Positions 50,029 through 62,253 of a stretch of 64,000 nucleotides of DNA are shown here, piece after piece. Source of the stretch: Marsupella aquatica (Eukaryota > Plantae > Marchantiophyta); the NCBI GenBank assembly GCA_973895155.1, contig OZ316895.1, forward strand, positions 9,412,184-9,476,183, read 5' to 3'. Below the pieces are notes generated by a model. That model had not been told where the DNA came from, searched no databases, and was given only the letters and a program-made list of their open reading frames with translations. A program made the translations under genes and the position numbers. The stretch's first letter is position 1; each line of letters begins with the position of its first letter.

Positions 50029-51238
50029 GGAATTGCTTTCAGCTGGGCATAACCTGACCTGCAATTCATCCTTTGAAGGAATAAAGGAGTCGAGTTTCTC
50101 GAACTGTCGAACTGATCTTTGACATGACTCCAGAGTGATTATTTATCGGACAAATACCGATTGTACTGTACATCTGGATTCTGTCAACCGTGCAATGCGG
50201 AGATCAATGGCTCAACGTCGTTGGCAAATTGTTGTAATGTCAGCTGGGACCAAAAGTTTGAAGGGGACCCAGGTTGTTATTACTAAAACTATCACCACTA
50301 TACCCAAATTTATTCTCTCCAACCTTGCTGGGTTTTGGCTACTATAAGCAAAAAATACCCACTCTCTACACGTTTATTTTAGTTTACAATAGTGGTAGCC
50401 TCTTTTGCAATCTTAGACTGAAAATTTAATTCAATATACTTTCCAGCCACCTCAATCAGATGGCAGAATTTTTTCTAGCCATGATATTTTCTGAGAGGAT
50501 TTTTCCTGGTACATTGCTGCTACCTAGCCAAAACTTGCCTTGCTCGGCGTGTTGGCGATATATATCAACTGAAAAAAGTCTTCCAGAGCAATTTGCCCTA
50601 TAGAAGTTTTGGGGGCATCCCTTCTGATTTTAATTTCTTTCCAAATTTCCAATAATGACAGCATATTTTTTTAGACAGACACAACTGTAACTTTGAGTTT
50701 GTCTGTTAGGTGCCAGGAATTTTTTAATCAATTGTTTTATGCACAAACCTAATTAAGACTAGGGTACTATACCTATTATCACGGTCATACTGTCAACCCC
50801 AACCTTAGTGGCTCAGTTTCCTAAACACTAGAAATGGGCTTCACACCCTAGATTAAAATATTGAAACCCCAAAATGAAACCAATAAAAAGTCAGGTACCT
50901 TATATTGTCTTCCACATACAGATCCAATAACCAGAAATTTGGACCGTGTTACAGTGAATGGGTTGGACATCACTTCTTGCATTTTAGTTACCGGTTTCAG
51001 TCAACACTCTGTTACAGTAACCAAACCCAGTAGGTTGGAGATGCTCCAATGTTAAGTAGGTTTCGGGGATGGAATTTTCATGCTTATGGAGACTACCACA
51101 ATAGAGTTGTCCATAATGTGGCCAAATAGGGTGAGTCACTGTTATTTAGGCACAGATCAGGGTGAGTCGAGGTAGTCTCTCAGTTGAACTATTTAGGATT
51201 CAAACAGAGGCTGAAACTGCCCAATGGGCTTCGGGATA

Positions 51239-51313
51239 TGCTTGCAGGGCAGGGATTGAACTTCAGGCCTGCTGGTCACAAGACACCCCCTTGCCACCTG
51301 AGTTGAGCATGCC
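51239..51313 (-). mobile_element. tRNA-like sequence / probable tRNA-derived SINE head
   Basis: Minus strand reads GCATGCTC-AACTCAGGTGG (A-box-like)...GTTCAATCC (B-box-like)...GCAAGCA, with an imperfect acceptor stem and a poorly paired anticodon arm. Confidence 0.5.
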
Positions 51314-52344
51314 TCTTACATTTCTGTTAAGCTTCTCATTTGCTTGGGGTTATTTTGTTTCTAATGATGCAAAACACATTGCTACATTTGAGAATGTCTA
51401 GCTGATTCATGAAGTGGCCAAATGAACTGCAGTCCAGCCTCGAGAAGTGTTTACCAAATTCACTAGAACTGCCAACTGGAGCAGATGATGGACGCCTCAT
51501 TCAAGGTCCTGTGTCTCCACGGGCTGTGTCTGTTGCATAAAGTACTCCTAAGATCTCTCACAGTGCCTATTTTTGAATGGTGCCCATTCATGATTGTCCT
51601 GATACTGACCTATCACCTCCTGATCATTTGTGGTGTTGTCTGCAGGCTATTCATTTTGGTAATTTGGTGGCATGATTGGGAAGCATTTATCAACAGCAGG
51701 GTTTCATTTAAGGTCTGGGGCAAGTAGCCACTGTGGCAACTGCCCATTGGCTTTGCCTAAGAAGAGGTGGCAATCTCATAGTTCAATGCCTCAGGAGGGG
51801 TGGCGATCTCTCACCCTCCCAAGGTATGTTTTTCACAAGCAGTTGGATCCATCCGTAAGGATTGGGTGGTGATAAGTCTAGGATGTCCATCAGAAAATTT
51901 GACAAGCTCAAACCAGAGCCTCTAAGATGAACAAGTGAGGAAAAGTAAAGCCATGCAAGATACACCTAAACCAAATCATAAATCACTTTTAGGAATTTGA
52001 ATGTAAAGTAGTGAATGTTCTGTGCATGTGAATTGAAGTACTCCATGTGTACAAATGCACCTATGGCCTATCAACTGTCTACCTGGTACACAACCAGGAG
52101 GAGGTGGTGATCAAGTATATTTATGTTGGAGGACACACAAACAAGTACATTTCTGTGGCAGGACACTGGCAAGACCAGAAGTCAGGCCAAGAGTGGCAAG
52201 GGAGGGGCTGCCGAGCCTACACAGTCAACCCTCAGGACTGCTCCTGATTAGACACTTCTGTGACCTAAGCAAGTGGCGCATGGTTTTTCAAAACTTCCCT
52301 TTATAAATCTCACATCACCTAATCCCAAGGCAGAATTTGATCAA

Positions 52345-52742
52345 CAGCTGTGGAGTACAAAAACATAACACTGATGGACAACTATGGAGTACATGCTATA
52401 ACAGCGTAGTCAGCTATGGAGTACAAAAACATAACACTGATGGACAGCTATGAAGTACAAAAACATAACACTGATGGACAGCTATGAAGTACTTGCTATA
52501 ACAGCATAGTCAGCTATGGAGTACAAAAACATAACACTGATGGACAGCTACGAAGTACTTGCTATAACAGCATAGTCAGCTATGGAGTACAAAAACATAA
52601 CACTGATGGACAGCTATGAAGTACAAAAACATAACACTGATGGACAGCTATGAAGTACTTGCTATAACAGCATAGTCAGCTATGGAGTACAAAAACATAA
52701 CACTAATGGACAGTTATGGAGTGCTTGCTATAACAGCATAGT
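52345..52742 (+). repeat. Minisatellite of two unit types (A 34 bp, B 32 bp), 12 units
   Basis: A=cagctatg(g/a)agtacaaaaacataacactgatgga, B=cagctatgaagtacttgctataacagcatagt; order ABAABABAABAB. Confidence 0.95.
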
Positions 52743-52980
52743 TCAGAAGATGTTTTGGTTTAGAAACATAGTTCAAAAGATGTTTTGGTTGAGAAGATGT
52801 TTAGTTTAGGAGATGTTTGGTTTGGAGTCTGTCTTTAGAACAAGAAGTGGCACTCCTCCAGATTGATTTGGTGAAAAGTCACAAGTGCCCTGGGGTCTTG
52901 TAAAGGCATCCTTACTGGAGGGGTGTGTGTGTGGGGATCTTCACTGAGAAGACCCAATATAAAACATCAAATCCCCCAGA

Positions 52981-53217
52981 AAAAAACATTGTGGCGCCAA
53001 GGTTTCCCTTAGCTTAATAGGGCACAATGGGAACCCTCGACGTCACCAGAAGTACTTCAAAACGAATGAAAGTCGGTCAACTCCATATGGACGCAAATAT
53101 TTCTTCTAACTTACTACTAAAAAAATATTGTGGCGCAAATGTTTCCCTTAGCTTAATAGGGCACAATGGGAGCCCTTGACGTCACCAAAAGTACTCCAAA
53201 ATGAACGGAAGTCGGTT
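52981..53217 (+). repeat. ~97-bp direct repeat with 140-bp period
   Basis: attgtggcgc...tttcccttagcttaatagggcacaatggga...gacgtcacca...agtcggt occurs twice. Confidence 0.9.
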
Positions 53218-53644
53218 TTTCCTTGGGGCTACAGTTAGACGTCCAGAAATGACCAGAATTGAACCAAAACTGAACTCTGAACGAACAGCCTCAGTTTTAG
53301 ACAAAACAAACGAACTGCCATATCGTTCGTATAAGAGCCCAGATGGCTAGTTGAAGGGAACAAAGGTGATTACCTATTTATGGGCGAAACACATTTGTTG
53401 TAACTGGAACAAGTGTCTCCAGGATTTAGTTTTTGATTGTCTACCATGCATTCACAACACTTTTGACCGACTTTTATAATGCTAGGGCCCGGCAATTCAC
53501 CAGCTCAAAACTGAATCGTTCATTATAAAGTTACAAAGGAGAATACAAAGAAATGTACATGCTCCCCTGATATCTAATGTCTGCCAGCATGACAAAAATT
53601 GTACGCAACTATCTATGTGAGCTCTGGACGCAACCATGCAGAAT

Positions 53645-56600
53645 CTAGTATGGCTGAAAGTTTTGGACACCGTTTTCTTCTCCACGCTTTCTCTCAACCT
53701 AATGATGACAGCGAGACATCAAGTAAGAACTCACGAATAGTGATACAATCGGGAACTTTCGAAGTCATCTACAAAAATTCTGGGTCTTGTGCATTGGCTC
53801 ACAAACCAATTGTGAATTCAGGAGGCATTGCAAGACAAGTGCGTCACCTTAAGTCTCCGACCTCCAATCAAAACATTGTTTAGGCCTTGTATAGCAGACT
53901 CAGCAGAGGCAGCATTGTCGTAGCTTACAAACCTGGGAAGATTTCAGCCATACGCACATCAGCGAATATCATCCAACCGGTTTCCTATCTAATGCTTCGA
54001 AATGCCAAAATCCAGTAAAACGCGAACTTCATTTCAAACAGGAACAGTTTCAAGCCTACTTACCCAAATCCCCTATTCCTGCCACTTTCCCTTTCCACGC
54101 CCACTCTGGAACTGACGACATTCCCTGCGTGCACAAAATTTCCATCAGATTGATTTGACAGTTTTTGAAGTGGAAGCACTGTTCATGTACAAGCTGTTTT
54201 CAGAGAGCGAGGGTGGTTATATTAGGGGGATGCACTTCAGAGTGGGCTAAGCCACAAGAAGAACAAATGCATTAGCTTATGAAAGTCAGGCAGGCAACCC
54301 ATTAAGATGCCATTTTAGTCGCTGAACCATTATGAGCAGGTTTGGTCAATTTCACAAGAGCAGAGATTACCAAAGGGGGCAAAGGTCTCTTTCAAAGTCT
54401 CATCTGTGAAGTCATCAGGTATGCGAAACACAAATAAGTTGGCACCAGGGGGTCCCTGCATAGACCATGGGCAGCATGAGAAAGGCAGACAGGAGGCATA
54501 CTCGCTATCTCATGCAGGTTGAATTACTGTTTCCTGCCCTTCACGAATAGCCGAGTGTTCGGTGTTGTAAAACGTTCAGGATACTCTGGTTAATGATAAC
54601 CAGCAAGATGACGTGTTGCAAGAGTTTCACCCAATGAGGTGACCTCATTGGTTCAGACTTCACTGACTTTACCCGGAGCTAGGCCAAACAGGGAGCCTCA
54701 CTGGCTTAATCTTAGCATTCGAAATCTGGAATGCCTCAGTAAGAGAGTCTTCCACCTTGATTTATGTGAGCGAGAGGAATCTTCGAGTTCAGGACTTCAG
54801 TTCTAGAGTTGAAGGTCCATTCAACAACCCAGACATTCATTACATTTGATTATGAGATGAGCGGGTAAGGATTGGTTGGTCCGGGATATAATCAGTCCTA
54901 TGTCCAGAGCGTGCTAAGAATGCTTCATTTAGAGGCCCCATCTGGCTCTGCGAAGCCATGTCGCGTAGTCTTGCACGCCTTTTTAAAGTAATTACAAAAT
55001 TTGCCTGATACAGAAAAATCACGGGGCTTTGATACAGTCAAAGGGTACACCATACCTGTTGCCGGGGTTGATCTATAGAACCATTTGTTGGTTGAGCCTG
55101 CCCATAGTTTAGGCCCTGCAAGGGGAAAAGAAAAAGGAATGCAGTGGGTGAAACAGGCTTGAGTCCTTTTCAACCTGATATTCAAGTATACGACATGTCA
55201 TTATTTCACACCATGACGGTGGAAAGTATCGAGACTTCCTCCATGTGATCAAATCACAGATTACACTAACTAATTTACACCAACTATATGAATGTGATGA
55301 AAGACAGACTAAATCGTCAAAAGTTAAAGAAACTCACAGGACAAGAAAAGGGCCTAGGAGAGTAAAGCACGAATAGACTGCAGATACGTACAGGACAAGG
55401 ACTTCGCTAATGAACGTCAATAAAGCTCTAAAGAGCAAGCCAAAATGATTAAAACAAGTACCTGGATTGGATGCTGAGAAATGACAGCTGACCCTGAGTA
55501 TTGCTGCACCATAAAAAAAACTTCATATCTCGTCCGACTCTCAAGTGAATACAATGGCAAAGTTTTATATTCTGCAAACCTAAAACAAAACCGATCCACT
55601 TCGAAAGAGAATGCACAATTCCAGGACATCCGAATGATTTATAGATGCTTTCCGGACACCATCCACAGCAAGACCCCTAGTTAAAGGGAAATAAGACATT
55701 CCCAAGCTGGAATAAACAAGTTCACATCTCGAATAAAAACCAAAATGAGCCTCATTGCATCATTAACCGGACAGTAAGCTAGCCTGATAGTAAGTGTACT
55801 GCATCATTGGAAAAAACTAATTTGCAAAAAGCTTGCTTGTCTTAATCAGAATTAGAGCATTACACTTACAGGAGTTGAAACTGGTTGCTGCTGTTGCTGT
55901 ATCTGGGCAACCTGTTGCTGTTGCTGTTGTTCAAATACTAAGAGCTCTTCTGGCTTCTCCCACTGAAAGAACAAAAGAAAGGCGGGGAAGACTATAAATT
56001 CGCTTGTTCGTCAATAACTCATGATATGCTCGTAATTAGAAATTAAATCTTAAAGAATAACCACAACAGCAAATGATCAGGCAATGAACTCAACTCACCT
56101 TGCTTTCTTGAGTGGAACTATTGTAGTAATATTTATAACCCTCGGGTGAAGTGTGCTCAGTCCATTCACAGGTCGCAGGAAGTGCTGGTGCTGGTGGCGG
56201 TGGCAGAGATGAGATTGTCTGTGGCTGAACTGGTAGCAGCCACGAAGGCTGCATATACAGAAGACATCCTTTGATTATTGAAGCCCTGCACTTCAGACTA
56301 TTTTCTCCAAGCCAGAAAACTCAAGATAAGGCACCAAACAACAAAGAATAAGAACACACACCTGGGGCTGTCCTTGCTGCAATGCTGGTACTTGTACTTG
56401 ATAGTATGCCTGGAAACAGTGGAACACGGCACGTCATCGTTTTAGAAAATATCTTCCAAACATCTGAATTTAGGACTATAGAAACTTTGTCCATTTGGAA
56501 GCAGAACTTTATAATGTTCAAAACCTGCTTCTGTTGTAGAGGTGGTTGTTGTTGTTGAGCCTGCTGTTGCGGTTGCTGAGATTGTGACTGCAATAAGGAC

Positions 56601-59600
56601 TGTGGCTGCTGTTGGGATTGCAAATGTTGCTGAGGAGGCTGCAGTTGCAGTTGTGGGGGCTGGAGCTGCTGTAGATGTTGTTGCTGAGGTGCCCCGTGAC
56701 CTTGAGAAAGTTGTACGGGCTGCTGTGATTGCACTGATAACAGCTGCTGAGATGACTGCTGCTGTGGCTGCTGCTGAGATGTAGAGAGTTGGCCATAAGG
56801 TGGTTGTTGCTGGGATGCCTGTTGTGCATATGACTGTGGCTGCCTTTGAGCATTTTGCTGGTAGTAACCCTGCACAATCTAAGTTGTTTTCAGACCTTGC
56901 TCACGTCATTCCGAACGGGCGTCTCCGAACTAAAGTAATAAATTGCGAAATACATGATGATACTAAATGAGAAAGGCGCCGTCTTTCCTCTTTCCCCACG
57001 AGGAATCCCATTCCACAAAAGTGATCTATCCCAATCATCCCACGAAAGCGATCCAAAACTCACAGAGGTGGTCAATTTGCAGGCATCCTGCATTGCAAAA
57101 GCCATTGGCTAACAAAAATATGTACTGCGGACACACCTGCTGTTGTGCTGGTGGTAGCATCCCTGGCCCCACCATCTGATTTGGGACTGACAAGGAGCCT
57201 TGGGGGTGACCATTCATGGGTCCCTAAGAGCACACATGGAATTGTCAGTAGACAGCTGAAGTAACCACACGCCTGGAGAGAAAGCAATTGCCCATCACAG
57301 ATATAAATTGCAACATGAAGAGCGTATCTTTGAAGGACCCATACCATGGCAGCATTGCCTGGACCTCCTCTGGGACCCATGGAGCCTCCATATGCACTAG
57401 GACCCATCTGGGCTTGCGGTCCCATGCCAGGACCTCCCATAGGTCGCCAGCCCATTGGTGGCCCACGCCCTCCCATCTGCCCCATTGGCGCGGGAGCAGG
57501 TCTGTCAGCCACCATTATGTCGCTTAGATCAGTACAGGTTAAAAACAGAAATCACAACTGTAGCCGATACTTCAAATAAAATAGAAACCGGGCATCTTGT
57601 GAGTTTGAAAGAGTACGCTACTGATCATAATATTGTGGGTACCAATGCAACCGGCTGCCGTACGAATTCGACCTAACCAATTACATATAGATTTGAGGGA
57701 AACTTCACCCAGGAGATGTGCAAACTTGGTTTCTAATGGCAAATGAACAGGAGGTCGAGTCTTTTATGAAAACTACATAAAAGAACCTCGAAAGACTGGT
57801 GCAAGCACCTGTTTCCAGCATTTCCTGGACGTGAGTTAAATCCAGGACCTCCAAAACCTGGGCCGCCCACCCTGCAATTATAGCCAGTGGTAAGCTGTCT
57901 ACAACATTCAATCCTTCCATTCTGTCAAGTTTGAAACTCAGTAAAGATTACAATGCCCCCGTGGGCCAGGTGTAGGAACCAAAATCTGCATGCAGACGTA
58001 AGGAACCAACCTGGTATCGCCTCCTTTAGGCCTTTTCGGGTCTGCAAATCGCACAGCCAGGGGCTGATCACAGCCCTATATTTGTATTGAAACACAGATA
58101 AACATAACACTTAGTTACAGAAGAATTTAAATGGTTCTTCGTAAGAATTAACCCGTATGTCTAGTTAGATATAAGAATTCCTGACCAACGAAGGAACTTT
58201 ACTGGTTCATATGTTGCCACAGCTGAGACCATGAGATTACCGGCATGACATAGATGCCATTCAATGCACTTATCGCAGCAGTTGCCATCTCTCTAGTTGG
58301 ATATTTGATGAAAGCGCAACCTGGGTTTATAGTTACAAAGTACAAGTAAGTAATACGATGAAAAAGACTTATGATTCAACTCATTGAATAGAAGCCCTCG
58401 AATACACAAGGGCGCTGCTACATGCCAAGCACGAATTCCAACAGAAGCGAAGCTCATTGACGAAGAAAACAAATCAGTGAATGATGTTATGGTCCAGGGG
58501 TCCAAATTGAGACGCGGGACAGGAAGTACAGAGCGCCAATAATGTTAGAACTCAAGCACTGAAGCCTCTACACCTACTATGTGAGGTCTTCTCTGTTAAA
58601 TGACGGGAACAAAACAGTGACAGGCACATGAGTGTTGGCAAAGCCTTACTCAGTAGCCTAATCGCACAAGCACAAACTTATTGGACAAGTCAAAACGTCG
58701 CTTCCCAGTTTTAATGCAGAATTCATAAACGATCTCCCAACGATGTAAACTTACCTCGGCTTTGTTTCTGCTCATCCCGCATAATGTACACATCGTCAAC
58801 TCGACCATATGGAGCGAAAAGCTGCAATGAGAAAAAGTACGAGATTATTCACTGGTATCTGGGATCAAATACAACTTCTCTATCAAGCAGGTACATCTTT
58901 GTATGTAGTGAACAAACCTCTTGGATTTCCTTTTCTGAAGCTTGCTTGTTGAGAGACCCAACAAATAACTTGTGCTCCACCGCACCTACGGTATATGCAG
59001 CAGTTAGAAACCAGGTCCTCAGAAAGGAGTCTCCTTCGATCACAACCGGCAAGGGAACAATACAACATTTCCGTGCAGATTTCAACGGCACAATTTCAAG
59101 TTAACCGGTATGCAATGTACCAAGACGTTCACGCTCGCCATCAGCATATCGTACTTGCACTGGTGCTGTGCCCTGTTGAAGCAGAAAATTGTGTTTAATA
59201 ACCTTTGACAAAAATATAGCATTGGTCTTTCCGCCAAGCACAAGAAACAAAAGTTTATCTCGTTCGTAAACATCCCACCCCTGGGAGAGTCCGCTGGTTG
59301 TTCAGCGCTCTGATCGCCCTCTCGGCCTCTTCAATGGTCCCATATTTGATGAAACAGCATCCTACAGAAACAGGTAGTACAATAAGTCATCTGAAACTAG
59401 CTGAACGTAGGCTGAAGCAGTAAATGAGCCCTAACAAAATAAAGATAGGAGATAACCGGATCTCGAAAATATCCAGTGTACATTCCCAGTGGCGTCTTAT
59501 GCTCTACAGCACTTCTGGCTATACAACAAATCCTGTAGTAGCGACTTAGAGGACCACTAGATAGAGAGCATTTTCCGTGCAATACGTAAATAATTATTTC

Positions 59601-62253
59601 ACTAATCTTCGAAATGGTAAAGCGAAGCCCTTGTTCATTTTGCCAAACATCTTCATCTAGAAAGAAACTTTCGTACCACAAAATCCATCAACGCGTATGT
59701 CCTCTTAAGAAAACCGACTTAGCAGATAAGCATAACAAAAGAGTGGGGGTGACGCAGATTGCATCCATAGTTTGAACAGAAGATTTACAGGGAGACATTC
59801 ACATCCTGCTAAGTTCCGAAGTAAAGAATCCGGGGTACATCCAACCAACTCGAGAGTCAACTACCGCATAAATTCTTGGCAGACAACACCTAAGTATGTG
59901 CTTGGGATTAAACTGCCAACATCTAACAAGACATCCACAGCTTTGTGCTCTAGAATGAAAAGGAAACATCCATAGCCTGTTGAATAATGTACTAAGGATC
60001 TCAGCTCTATCATTCATTCAACTAGAGAAGACTGTCCTCTCAGCTCAGATATTAGCAATGTGTAGAACTTCGCACATCCACGGCACGAGCAGCAATCCAC
60101 TTGTGAAGAACCACGTGTGAGAGAGCACACCATGGTGCCACAGAAGACACATGAGCAATACTCACTCACAAGAGCTTTGTGGCCCGGTATGATGAGGAGC
60201 GCCACCTGGCACCTTTTCATTGTCTGACCACAATGGAACGTCTGCACAGTGACATTCTGCAATTCGTATCTTGTCCATGTGGTGAACCTCCTACCAAGTC
60301 AAATGGAAGGACTAAAGTCTATGCAGCAACAATCGCTGTCAGCATGTAGGGGGCTTGGCCGAGCATTGATCTGTGACAAGTCGATTGAGCGAGCATTGAC
60401 CCTCTCAATTAGCATGGCTGAACCAATGCCATCATAAATAATCATGAATAGCATTACCGCGAGTTTCAATAAAGCACAGGCATACATTACATGTTAACCT
60501 CATTCCCATGTGCATCCTGACAATAACTAACGCCTGAAGCTGCCTGAGAGCCATGCTTTTCACACAGGTTTGGTGACCCTGCTCTATGACATGCATGAGC
60601 GAACCCATTGTCAAAAGTTCATTTCATTCATCTGGAGAGCCAAGTAACTACCCACGCTCTAAAGCAGCACTTAAAAGTCTTGCGCTAGTACTAACAGTAG
60701 AAAGAAGGAACTACATGACAGAGATGATTGGAGGGATCAGAATCTAAAGAAAGCAATTGAGCTTTGTCACATTATATTATATTGTAAGCGGAGGAAACAG
60801 AAGAAAAACCGTCGAAAAAACACGCATTCTTGTTCACGCACGATTATCTGGCTAAAAAAACCGCAAAACGGTATCACCACATTTCTTGATGAATTCAGTT
60901 GTACGGGTTGTAGGAAAACCCATGAATACTAACCGGAAAAAGCCACCTGAGGACAAGGTAACCTAAAGACTCCCCAGTTTGTTCAGTCTAAGCAATCAGA
61001 CGACCAAACTAATAACTAAAATTTCCTTCTTGATTGAAAACTTGTGCAATGTTCGAAAACAGTAACTACAAGCACGGTGACGACAGTCAATCTCTAACAA
61101 CGAGGCTCCAAGAACCACTTCTTCCCTGTATCTAATAAGGGAATCGAGGGATTGCCTAAGCTCTAGAACGGACAGAAGCTTCTTAACTCACGGTGTCCCC
61201 TTGAGCTATTGTGAAGAGCGTATTTACGACACTATCTAGATTTCACACATTGCACGCACCTTGCTGTTGCCCTGTTCTTTTATCCTTGATCAGAGCAACC
61301 TCCAGCACATTCCCATGCTCCGCAAACATAGGCCGCACCTGTCAACCGGACAAAAACGCGTTTCATCTGTTGAGCGAACATATTGCAAGGGTTGAAACAA
61401 CTGCTTTGCGTGCAGATCAAGCTCTTCTTGCAAATCGAACTCACTATGTTCACTGAATACATATTTTGAAATATTGGATGAGGGGTGAGAAAAGGGCAGC
61501 ATCTTGTAAACCTAAGGGATGCACGGCAAAGGGTGGCAAACTCAGCAAACCACATGACTTGCTGCACCCAATGAAGATGTTTAACATGACCATAACTAGA
61601 CCTCAAACAAAGCTTAAGAGAGCTCAAATAGGCTACGTCCAGCAAAACGCTGCAAGGAACAAAGACATTTAGGTTTGGAGCCCTGCATTGGAAATCTATT
61701 GGACTGCCTAAATAGGTCACGGCACCTATCAACAAAATCCTCGAATCCAAGTCGTCCAACTCATACCTCTTCTTCAGTGATAGTTCTTGGCACCGATCCT
61801 ACAAAAAGCTTTACAAAATTGCCGCCATCCTGAGAATCTGCAGAAAATCAGTTTTCACACCCACAATTACAGGTATTCATTTCAATCGTGTGAATCCTAT
61901 CGGCAGCTCTTTCAGTAGACAGAGAATCACGTATTCAACAAACTTGAAAGCAACTGTTTCGCACACTGAAAACTCCACTCTGATACTAGCAAATCAAACC
62001 AACCTTGAGAATTGGCATTGACAGGCTGGCCGGAGAAGTCCCTTTTCTGGCCGATAATGGAGTTGTTGTTCATGACGTTGATAGAAGGGGGCAAGAGGGT
62101 GCCTCCAGATTGCTGCGCCCCGCCCTGCTGCTGCTGCTGCTGCTCGAAAATCCCCGGCGCTTGAGGTTGCTGCTGCTGATGATGCTGATGAGGCTGTTGC
62201 TGGTGCATCAAAGCGTAGGAGTGCTGTTGCGACAGCAGAGATGGCGGCTCCAT
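53645..62253 (-). CDS. FCA: FCA-like RNA-binding protein: RRM1-RRM2-(Q/P/G-rich)-WW plus a C-terminal CELF-type RRM; many exons
   Basis: Exons read on the minus strand: VKLFVGSVPRTITEEE|VRPMFAEHGNVLEVALIKDKRTGQQQG|CCFIKY...ALNNQRTLPG; EHKLFVGSLNKQASEKEIQE|LFAPYGRVDDVYIMRDEQKQSR; WW CEWTEHTSPEGYKYYYNSSTQESK|WEKPEEL; terminal RRM GPPGANLFVFRIP...QPY*. Not every internal exon was mapped. Confidence 0.88.

Noticed and set aside
51239-51313. Functional tRNA gene
   Set aside because: Anticodon and T stems are poorly paired and the acceptor stem has mismatches.
52345-52742. CRISPR array (constant head plus variable tail)
   Set aside because: Only two tail sequences alternate, the head is 14 bp, there are no cas genes and the context is eukaryotic; this is a minisatellite.
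54840-55022. Alternative terminal exon giving an FCA isoform without RRM3
   Set aside because: It would need an intron of only ~51 nt and the peptide has no recognisable features; unsupported without transcripts.
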